Shown here piece after piece: positions 40,631-49,759 of a DNA stretch of 64,000 nucleotides. This DNA is from a virus. The notes below the pieces were generated by a model. That model saw only the letters and a program-made list of their open reading frames with translations, was not told the DNA's origin and searched no databases. Position numbers and translations under genes: made by a program. The DNA is taken from positions 1 to 64,000 of the IMG/VR virus record IMGVR_UViG_3300014501_000001; one strand, written 5' to 3'. How positions within the stretch are numbered: the first letter of the stretch is position 1; every line of letters starts with the position of its first letter.

Positions 40631-43600
40631 ATGACTGAGACCATGAGACCCGCGCCCCGCCAGGACCGCTGGAAGTCCTCCGTCCTGCTGCGCGGGGCGG
40701 CCCGCGCGCGTTACGAGGCGCGCGGGCGTTCCCTCGCCGCCCTGGTAGAGAAGGGCCTGGACGCCTTCGATGCCGAGGATGCAGCTGAAAAGCTATCCCT
40801 GGCTGCCGAGTCCGCCGCCGCCCTTGATCCCGTCAAGGCCATAGTGATCGAGTTCGAGCGCATGCTGCGGGCATCCCTGAACGAGCACGGCATGATCGCG
40901 TGGCCGGGGCTGCCGGAAGGCCACGTGCCCGAACTGGCTCAGCCCAGGACCGGCCCGGTGAAGATGCGTCCCGGCCGGCGCCCGAAGCTGCGCTACGTGC
41001 CGCGAGACGAAGAGCAAGCCTGAGCCGGCTCCTTCGCGGGGCCGGCAACCCCGTCGTAAGGAGTGCATGACTAGTGACTGTCCCCGAAGGCGCTGCCGCT
41101 GAGCCCATGTCCGTGTGGCACGTCCACCTGCTGCTGCCGGACCTTCCCGGCATCGAGGTAACCTCCCGGCCGCCCCGCCGCACCCCGGAAGGCGCCTACG
41201 TGTTCCGCGACTCTGCGGGCCTGCTGATGGAGGTCCCGGCGGCGGTCGTCGCCTACATCCAGCGCTCGGATAAGCCCGCATGACCGGGCAGCCGCCGGAA
41301 AGCACGCCCCTTGACCCGCTGACAGAACTCGTCAAGGGAGCCGTCCAGATCCACGAGATGTTCACGGCCTACGTGGAGGCAGGATTCACCCGCGCCGAGG
41401 CGCTCCAGCTCGTCCTCGGGGTCATGACGGCCGGGATCGGCAAGGGCAATGCCTGACGCCGCGCCGCGCCGGATAGACCCGGACACCGAGGCAGAGCGGA
41501 TCGTCAGGGAACGCGCCAGGGGGGCAATCGCCGCGTGGCCGCCCATCTGCGACGAGATAATCACCATCCAGATGCCGGATCACGGCGTCCGCCTGGTGCG
41601 GATCTGCGTGACCGCCGAGTACCCGCCGGCCCTGATCCCGGCGGACCTCGGGCAGCGGCTCGCTAACGTGGTCCGGGCATGCTGGCCGCAGGAGCCCGGC
41701 GGTGAGTGAGGCCCCTTGCAAGCACCGCTGCGAGTGGTGGCGTCCCCCGACGGGCGCCGAGGTCGATGAGGCGGAGCGTAACGGCACCTACGTGTCCGGT
41801 GCGCTTGTCTGCAATGCGTGCGGAGACTGGGCGCCGCTACCGGGCGAGCGCAGGCCGCTGGTCATGCCCGCTGATGAGTTCGCGCTGGTCAGGCGGGTCG
41901 CGGAGCAGATCGGCCTAGATCCCGCCGCGCCCATGACCCCAGCGCAGCACGAGGCGTGGCACGCCGCCATGGCCCCGGACCTCCCGGCGCTGACCATGAC
42001 CGACGAGGAAGCCGCCGAGTTCGCGGAGCGCTTCGCCGTCTACATGGCGGAAAACTCGCTCACTCACCGGGTGATCCCGCTGCCGCCGCCGCTGTCCCCG
42101 GACCAGATCCGCTCCCTCCTGCGGGAATGCGTAACGGTAGTGAAGCCCGGCGAGGTACTGGTGATCCGCGTGAGCGAGAACATGACCCCGCGCCAGTGCA
42201 GCGAGTACCAGCAGGCGGTTGATGGCTGGATCGCCCACGGGGACCTCGGCATCAAGGTGATGGTGCTGCCCGGCGAGGGCCTGGGTATCACGGAATCCGT
42301 GCCCGAGCGCGACCACGCGGCATGGCTACGGGACGTGCGCTACTTCATGAACGGGATACCGGGAGCGGTCAAGAGTGTCACGGCAACGCACCGGCCGACC
42401 GGACTGCAGGTCACGGCTCCCACGCAGGAGCAGGCGCTGACGGATCTCGCCGCGCTGCTGCAGGGCAAAGGCAAGATCACTATCAATGACGCGCGGGCCG
42501 CGATCGGCCTGCCGGCCTGGGATCCGGAGGCCGCGTCATGACCCCGGAGCAGAACGGGCAGGCCGGCATCCCGCTCGCGCAGGACCCCGAAGCCTTCGCC
42601 CGCGCCATGCAGGCCCGCTCCATGATGCCCCCCCAGCCGCAGCAGCGCTGGCAGTGCGCCCTCTGCGTGGGCCTGCGCAGGTCGTGGGAGGAAGCCAACC
42701 GGGCCGTCCTGGAAGCCGCCCAGGCAGCGATGATGGCCGCCATGGCGAACGGCGGGCCGCCCCCGGACCCCCGCGCCTTCCTCGGTGATGATCTTGTCGC
42801 CTCCATGCCGCAGGTACAGGAAGCGGTCACGATGGCCACCATCCCGAACACCGGGCCCTGCTACGTGTGCGTGGCGCATGTCCCGCTGCCCGCTGACGGG
42901 AGCCGCCGCCCGCTGCTGGCGGCGACGGCAGGACTGAACCTCGCGGCGTTCGCGGCGGGACTGGTCAAGTGAGCGCGCCGCTCCTCGCCGACGTGCGCGC
43001 GGCAGCCGCCTGCACGGGCGAGGACGTCACCGAGTGGCAGCGCGGCTACCGGGCCTGCTCGGATCGCGTGCTAGCGGTCCTGGACGCCGCATCACCGCCC
43101 GTCACGGTCTCCCTCGGCGAGGTAATGATCGTCATCCATGACGCCATCATGACCTATGCCGCCGACCAGGTAGCGAAGGCGGTCACGCCCGTGCCAAAGG
43201 GCGGCACCAGTGGGTGAGCCCTACCCCGGTACTCCCGCAAGCGGACCCCAGTTCCTCGCCCGCGAGGTCATAGCGCAGGCAAGGCAGCGGGTAGCGCCGC
43301 AGAAGCCCCTGATCCCGGCGGCGCTGATGCCCAAGCCGGATCGGCCGGAACTCACCGACGCCGACAGGCGGGCGCTGGGCGAGGCCATCCAGGCTGGCGC
43401 GCTCTGCGCGTGCTGCGCCGGCGTCCATGCCGGGACCGAGCTGGCCTGCCCTCGCGTCGCCACGTTCGAGCGTGACGGGGACGGGAAGATCAAGGCAGGC
43501 TCCTACTGGCCGGACGGAACCTGGGATACATCCCGCGTGGTATTCGCCGAGGAAGCCTCTGCTCCCGCTGTTCCCGCCGGGCAGCCGGACTACGCGAAGA

Positions 43601-44551
43601 TCGCGGAGCTTGAGAAGGAAACCGGGCTGGCGCCGTGACCTTCCCCGAGCAGGACGAGATTTCCTCTCTCGCTGCCGCCTCCGCTGACCCTCTGACCAGG
43701 GCACTCCTGCAACTGAGGATGATCGGCGAGGCCAAGGCACGGGGAGCATCCTGGAACCAGGTAGCCGCTACCCTCGGGGCACCGGACGGGAAAGCAGCCA
43801 AGGCAATGGCGCATAAGCTGGCGAGAACGGCGCAGCGGGCCGTGATCGCCCGCGACCTGGCGGCAGGAGGCGATGATGGCTGATGACATCGTGCACATGG
43901 CCCTCGGCGAGTCCTTCCGCTGGTCAATGTGCGGCAAGGGCGGCGGGATGACAAAGGCCGTCCTGACCACCATCCCGCAGGAGGTCACCTGCGGTAGCTG
44001 CATCAAGAGCAGCGACTGCCGGATGGTCAGCGAGCGGCGGCGGCGAGTGAAAGCCGAGTTGGCCGATGCCTGACGAGCCCGGCCTTCCCGCGCGCCGCAC
44101 CGAGCGCGCGGAGATGGACTCCCCGTTCCCGCCGGGTACTACCTTCGCTGATGCATTCAAGGCCCTGACCCCTCCGGGCGCTGACCCGAACGCGCTGATG
44201 GAGGCACTGAAGGCCGCGCGGCGGCCGGTGATCGCGCTCCCGGCCAGCGACGAGGACGCCCGCCACTACTCGCTGTGCCCCCGCTGCGATACGGTCCACG
44301 ACTCGCGGGTGCTCTGCGCGGATCAGCAGCAGAAGATCACCCTGGATGACCTGGACCCGGGGCGCGCGATCCGCCGCGGCGCGGCCGGCGCCCCTTCCCT
44401 GCCAGCCGATCCGTTCACCGCGGGTGACCTCCGCGCTACCGCTTTGTCCCAGTTCTGGCATGAGTCGGTAGAGGCGGGTATCCCGGTGGAATCGGTGGAC
44501 AGGATCATCGGCGTCATGCTCGCCGAGGCGCACGGAGGGAAGCAGGGATGA
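40631..44551 (+). CDS. About 12 small hypothetical genes between terL and portal (40631-41023, 41074-41283, 41280-41456, 41449-41709, 41702-42541, 42538-42972, 42969-43217, 43210-43638, 43635-43883, 43873-44073, 44066-44551)
   Basis: Tightly coupled ORFs. Confidence 0.6.
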
Positions 44552-44795
44552 ACGGGCCGGCTCAGCAGGTGAACCTCTCTTGCTGTGGATACCAATGTCA
44601 CCAAGGGGTGCCCGCTCCGTGGACATGTCCGGGCTGCGGGAAGCTCTGGGCGCCGCCCGCACCAGCGGGAACCCCGGCTGAGGCCGGCGATGCGTCACCG
44701 TCCCGTCACTGAACGGCATCATCTACGTGCGCCGCAACGGGCGCGCGGTCTGGGCTGCCGGCTGACCGAATGAGCCGAGGGGAGCAGGATTCCCC

Positions 44796-47700
44796 TTGGC
44801 ATCTCCGGCCGCCATTATCGCCGCAGCGAAAGCCGCGCGCAGTGCGCCTTCCGCAGGCCAGGGCGGCATGTCACCCGCTGTTGCCGCCATGAACGATAGC
44901 TGGGGCGGCATTTACGGGAACTTCCTTCCCCGGCCTGCCCAGGACTTCACGCAGGGCGCGTTCGGGCCGCTGACACCCCTCCCGCCGATGCCGGTCGATC
45001 AGCCGCCGCCGGGCTTTGACCGCCCGATGCCGCGACGCTGGCAACCGCCAATAGGCTGGAATTTGCCGCAGAGCCCTCCGGGTAGCGAGGGGCTGAAGCT
45101 CTGCGGCTTCGGCGAGTTGCGCACCCTGAGCCGGCTCTACAGTGTCGCCCGCGCGTGCATCCAGCTCTTGAAGTCCGAGATCCGCGCCCTGGAATGGGAC
45201 ATCGTGCCCACGAAGGACGCGGCGAAGGCCATGCGCGGCGACCACAAGGCCATGCGGGACTTCGGCGAGCGCCGGTCCGAGTGCATCCGGTTCTTCAAGA
45301 ACCCGGACCCGGAGTACGGGTCGTGGTCCTCGTGGCTGGACACGCTGCTGGAGGAAATCTACGCGATAGATGCGCTTAGCGTATTTTTGCGCCCTTCGCG
45401 TGTCCGGGGACGCGGGCTAATGGGATCGGACCTGTCAGCGCTTGAGCTGATAACAGGTGATTCGATTCGCCCGATGGTGGATCTTCATGGTTCACGCCCT
45501 ACGCCCCCATCTGTCGCTTTTCAGCAATTTTTGTATGGGGTGCCCCGCAGCGACCTCATGACCATCATGATGGGCGCCGACCTGACCGACGACCTCAAGG
45601 CCACCCAGGTCCATGAGTACCGGGGGGATCAGCTTCTGTACCTGCCTTACACAAGGCAGACGGACAGCCCCTATGGCTTCCCGCCGGCGGAGCAGGCGCT
45701 AGTCCCGGTGATGTCGGGGCTGTCCAAGCAGGGTTACCAGCTTGACTTCTTTCGTGAGGGTTCGGTACCTGCTGTATATATTTCGCCTGGGGATGCCGCT
45801 ATGACCGCATCTCAGGTGCGGGAGCTTCAGGATGCATTGAACGTTATTGCCGGAGATGTCGGGTTTAAGCATAAGGTCATAGTGCTGCCCCCCGGCAGTA
45901 AGCCGTACCCGCAGAAGGACCCGCAGCTAGCCGACCAGTTCGACATGGTCGTGTCTACCGAGGTCTGCATGGCCTATCAGGTGCAACCCACCGAACTTGG
46001 GCTAATGCCGCAAGTAGCCACCGTGCAAAGTCCGTCAAGTATGAACCAGGCAGCCAAGGCGGACGCCGCGCGCCACCAGCGCAAGTCCCTCGTCCCGATG
46101 CTCCAGTTCCTCAAGCAGGGCCTGCTGGACAAGGTCATCCAGGTTGCCTGCGGGCAGACGGACATGCAGTTCCTGTTCGAGGGCCTGGAAGAGGACGAGG
46201 ACGAGGTCTCCCTGACGGGCCTGCTGGGAACGCAGATCGGCACCGGCCTGCGGTCGGTGGACGAGGGCAGGGGCGTCCTGGGCCTGGACCCGTGGGGCCT
46301 GCCGGTCACCCAGGACCCGCTGTGGGCATCCGCGAACGGCGTCATGCTGCTGGGGTCGGTGGACCCGGCGACGGGCCAGCCGGGCGGCCAGCTGGCGGGG
46401 CTGCCGTCCGTGACGCAGCAGATGCAGGGCGCGCAGGGCGGTGCCGCAGGCTCGCCGGGCGCGAACGAGGGCCAGGTGAACGGCAAGCCCGCGCTCGCGC
46501 AGGGCCACCTGCCGGGCACCACGCATGTCCCCCCGGCTCAGCCGCAGCGGGACCCGACACCCTCGCATTCGGCGGCGATAGCGGGAGCGGCGGAAGCAGC
46601 GGCAGCGGTCTCGGGCTCGTCCTCGAAAGCGGCAACGGCAGGGCAGGACGGGCTGCACCGCTACGAGCCGTTCGTCCCCGGCGACCAGTCCGCGTGCGTG
46701 AAGTGCAGCCTGCCGCGCAGCTATGCCGCCCACGCAGTGACGGCGATCGGGTCGCGGATGATGCTGAAGGCCATCGCGGCACCCGTTGCGCCAAGGCCGC
46801 CGGATCATGTCCTCGCGGAGATCCTGACCGCCCCGGACGCTGCGTCGCTGAGCAAGGCCGCAGCAGCCGCGCTGATGCCTGCCCTGCCGGAAACCCCGGC
46901 CGTGTCGTCCAAGGCCGCGCTGAGCGAGCTGGATGCGCTGGGCAGGCACGTCCGCAAGGGCCGCGACCCCGCAACCTGGCAGCCGGTCCACATCCCCGGT
47001 CACGTCATGGCCATGATCTGCGAGGACGTGACGAAGGGCATAGCCATTGCGGAAGTGCTGACGGCGGCGGCTGACCAGATCCCAAAAGCCTCAGCCGCCA
47101 AGAGCGGCCCTAGCAGCGGTCAGCGGCGGCAGGCGTGGCTTGCCTGGGAGCATGACCTCCAGCTGGCGGCGAAGTACGAGAAGCAGATCGGGGCCGCTTT
47201 CGCGTCGGTGATGGCCGAGGCGGGCAGGCTGTTCGCCGCGTTCCTCGCCGGGACCCTCGCGGTCACTGCGGCGGTTCTGGCGTCGATGATCGCGGACCTG
47301 ATCCGGCAGCGGCTCGCGCTGATCCTGGCTCCCTTGCACGCGGAGGGCCGGGAACTGGGCGCGGCGGCGGCCATGCAGGCAGTAGGGGCGTCCGCACGGC
47401 AGCGGCAGGGGATAGCGGCGGCGCAGCAGGCGGACACGTCCCAGATCGCCCAGCAGGCCGCGGTAAGGCAGATGGCCGGCACCGGGCTCGCCGGGTTCAC
47501 CGTCGCGCTCATGAAGCTGCTCCTCGGCGGCGCGGTCACCGTTGGGGCGCTGCTGGCGCTGCTGGATGCGTTCCTTAACGCTGAGAACCGCGCCGGGCTG
47601 ATCGCCCTGACGGAGATCGAGAAGGCCATCGCGGACGGGGCCTTCGGGGTCTACACCGAGCTAGGCGTGAGTTACGTCCGCTGGCACACCCGTAACGACT

Positions 47701-49337
47701 CAAGGGTCTGCGCCCGCTGCATGGCCAACCAGGACGCCGGCCCGGTTCCGCTGGGGAGCCTGTTCCCCGGCGGGGTCGCCCAGCCGTGCCAGCATCCAGG
47801 ATGTCGTTGCTGGCTGGCTCCGAGCGATCCGCCGAAGCAGGGTGTTGCGCCTCCCGCGCCGGGGACTGCGAAGGCGGCCGGGGCTCCGCTGCTCTACCAA
47901 GGACCCGTCCATGGGGGCCCATTGAGCTACCCGCCAACCATGGATGGCGAGGCGGGACTCGAACCCGCAACCTACGGAACCCCGGCCGCAGTGCACCTTA
48001 CCAAGGCCGACAAACCCTGGAAGCACCCGGACACGTCTCTCCCTGTCGCTGAGCAGGTCTACGCGCAACTGCTGGAGGACTACCCCGCCTCGGCGCTGAC
48101 CTGGGTAAAGGACGCTACCTGGACCGGCCCGCAAGAGGTCCCGCTCAGCGCGATCGAGTACACCCCGGACAAGTGGCAGGCCGGCCACGAGGACGCCAAG
48201 GTCGATCGCTTCAAGGCCAAGATCGAGCGCCGGCAGGCGGCAGGCAAGCCGGTCAAGCCGGCCGTCCTCATCGACCGGCCGGACACGAAGCCGGGAACGC
48301 ACCTGATCGTGATCGACGGCCACCACCGCACGATGGCCTTCCATGAACTGAATCGTCCCGTCGTCGCCTACGTCGGCAAGGTCACCACAGCAGGAGCGAG
48401 TGCGGCAGAGGAAACTCACGCCTCGCAGTTCAGCGACCGGAAGCCGGGCGCGGGCGACGACGGGCGCACCATGAAGAACTTCACGGCGGCGAACCTCGGC
48501 GACGGCTCGGTGCACGGCCTCGCGCCGTATGACCTGCGGGGCCAGGACGACGGCTGCGGCTGCTGCGCGGAGTGCAGCGGCCCGTCGTGCGGCTGCTGCC
48601 CGGACTGCGATGCGGCCAAGGCGGCACGCGGCTACAGCCTGAACCCGCGCTCGGGCATGATCTCCCTGGACCTGCCGGAAGGGCTGATCGAGCCCCTGCC
48701 AGGCGGGGTCACGGATCACCATGTGACCGTGGTTTACCTCGGGCCTGACGTGGATGACGACGCATTCAGCGCCGCGTGCGGCATGGCACGCGAGGTCGCG
48801 GCGGCCACGCAGCCGCTGTCCGGGACCATCGGCGGCATCGGCTCGTTCCCTGCCGGTGATGACGGGGTTCCGGTCTGGGCCGGCGTGAACCTGCCCGGTG
48901 CCGAGACACTGCACGAGGCGCTGGCTGAACTTCAGTCACCGGACGCGAAGGCCCGCGAGCACGGCTACAAGCCGCACTGCACCATCGCGTACCTCGAAGA
49001 GGGCGACCCGCTGCCGGATCCGCTGCCCCACATGCCGGTGACATTCACTCACCTGTCGGTACATCGCGGCGAGGACGTGAAGCGGTTCTCGTTCGGTGGC
49101 GGCTCAGCGGAGAAGTCAGGCAAGACCAGCGCCGAGATCCTCCGCGAGTACTGGACCCATGAAGGGCACCCCGGCCCCACGCAGTACGCCCTGGAAGAGA
49201 AGATCCGCTGGGGCGAGAAAGACGACTGGTACCGCTGCGTGGACGAGCTAACGCCCTACATCGGCGAGGGTGCGCGTGGCTATTGCACGCTCAGGCACCA
49301 CGAGGTCCTGGGTGCCTGGCCCGGACATCCGGTCTGA
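44796..49337 (+). CDS. Portal polyprotein: portal + Mu gpF-like head domain + ParB/Srx-like + 2H phosphoesterase + C-terminal KIRWG domain
   Basis: Portal motifs SPYGFPPAEQ, FFREGSVP, VDEGRGVLGL; gpF WHTRNDSRVCARC...QHPGCRCW; VIDGHHR; HVTV...HCTI. Confidence 0.85.
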   Translation: MASPAAIIAAAKAARSAPSAGQGGMSPAVAAMNDSWGGIYGNFLPRPAQDFTQGAFGPLTPLPPMPVDQPPPGFDRPMPRRWQPPIGWNLPQSPPGSEGLKLCGFGELRTLSRLYSVARACIQLLKSEIRALEWDIVPTKDAAKAMRGDHKAMRDFGERRSECIRFFKNPDPEYGSWSSWLDTLLEEIYAIDALSVFLRPSRVRGRGLMGSDLSALELITGDSIRPMVDLHGSRPTPPSVAFQQFLYGVPRSDLMTIMMGADLTDDLKATQVHEYRGDQLLYLPYTRQTDSPYGFPPAEQALVPVMSGLSKQGYQLDFFREGSVPAVYISPGDAAMTASQVRELQDALNVIAGDVGFKHKVIVLPPGSKPYPQKDPQLADQFDMVVSTEVCMAYQVQPTELGLMPQVATVQSPSSMNQAAKADAARHQRKSLVPMLQFLKQGLLDKVIQVACGQTDMQFLFEGLEEDEDEVSLTGLLGTQIGTGLRSVDEGRGVLGLDPWGLPVTQDPLWASANGVMLLGSVDPATGQPGGQLAGLPSVTQQMQGAQGGAAGSPGANEGQVNGKPALAQGHLPGTTHVPPAQPQRDPTPSHSAAIAGAAEAAAAVSGSSSKAATAGQDGLHRYEPFVPGDQSACVKCSLPRSYAAHAVTAIGSRMMLKAIAAPVAPRPPDHVLAEILTAPDAASLSKAAAAALMPALPETPAVSSKAALSELDALGRHVRKGRDPATWQPVHIPGHVMAMICEDVTKGIAIAEVLTAAADQIPKASAAKSGPSSGQRRQAWLAWEHDLQLAAKYEKQIGAAFASVMAEAGRLFAAFLAGTLAVTAAVLASMIADLIRQRLALILAPLHAEGRELGAAAAMQAVGASARQRQGIAAAQQADTSQIAQQAAVRQMAGTGLAGFTVALMKLLLGGAVTVGALLALLDAFLNAENRAGLIALTEIEKAIADGAFGVYTELGVSYVRWHTRNDSRVCARCMANQDAGPVPLGSLFPGGVAQPCQHPGCRCWLAPSDPPKQGVAPPAPGTAKAAGAPLLYQGPVHGGPLSYPPTMDGEAGLEPATYGTPAAVHLTKADKPWKHPDTSLPVAEQVYAQLLEDYPASALTWVKDATWTGPQEVPLSAIEYTPDKWQAGHEDAKVDRFKAKIERRQAAGKPVKPAVLIDRPDTKPGTHLIVIDGHHRTMAFHELNRPVVAYVGKVTTAGASAAEETHASQFSDRKPGAGDDGRTMKNFTAANLGDGSVHGLAPYDLRGQDDGCGCCAECSGPSCGCCPDCDAAKAARGYSLNPRSGMISLDLPEGLIEPLPGGVTDHHVTVVYLGPDVDDDAFSAACGMAREVAAATQPLSGTIGGIGSFPAGDDGVPVWAGVNLPGAETLHEALAELQSPDAKAREHGYKPHCTIAYLEEGDPLPDPLPHMPVTFTHLSVHRGEDVKRFSFGGGSAEKSGKTSAEILREYWTHEGHPGPTQYALEEKIRWGEKDDWYRCVDELTPYIGEGARGYCTLRHHEVLGAWPGHPV
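47874..47989 (-). ncRNA. Circularly permuted tRNA-like (YrlA-like topology) element antisense within the portal gene
   Basis: 16-bp closing stem; T arm GCGGG-UUCGAGU-CCCGC; acceptor CUCGCCA/UGGCGGG closed by UCCAUGGU; D arm UAGCUCA...UGGUAGAGCA. Confidence 0.75.
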
Positions 49338-49395
49338 CGGCTAGGCGGGGGGTTGCATCGCCTATCAGGATGCTTACCCGCAATTCACCTACCGG

Positions 49396-49746
49396 ATGGC
49401 CGCCGGCTCGCTCCAGGAACTCGCCTGCAACTTCGTGGTCAACTCCCCGGCTACGTCCGCACCGTGGCCGATCACCGGGGCTACCTGGGAGTATTGCGTC
49501 CGGAATACGGCCACGGACACCGGCTCCCCGGTCTTCTCGATCACCACGACGGCGAACGCCTCGGGCGTCATCACGATCACGAACTCCGCATCGGTATCCC
49601 AGGCGCTCCTGTCGATCTACCCGGCAGCAACAGCGGCCCTGACGCCGGGGACCTACTTTCACTCGCTCTGGCAAAACCCCTCGACCGTCAACGCATACGC
49701 CTGGTTTTCCGGCTCGCTGATCGTGTTCGGGACGCCGCAGCCGTGA
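49396..49746 (+). CDS. Small beta-rich structural protein
   Basis: ORF in the structural region; LTPGTYFHSLW. Confidence 0.6.
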   Translation: MAAGSLQELACNFVVNSPATSAPWPITGATWEYCVRNTATDTGSPVFSITTTANASGVITITNSASVSQALLSIYPAATAALTPGTYFHSLWQNPSTVNAYAWFSGSLIVFGTPQP

Positions 49747-49759
49747 GCGGGAGGCGGAT

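Noticed and set aside
36986-40644. Long antisense ORFs (36986-38524, 38878-40644; also 22713-24059, 54180-55580)
   Set aside because: Shadow frames of genuine high-GC genes on the opposite strand
47874-47989. Canonical tRNA gene, attP tRNA fragment or two-piece tmRNA
   Set aside because: The halves are in reversed order with no anticodon loop; both halves are present; it has a full D stem, no G3.U70 pair and no tag frame
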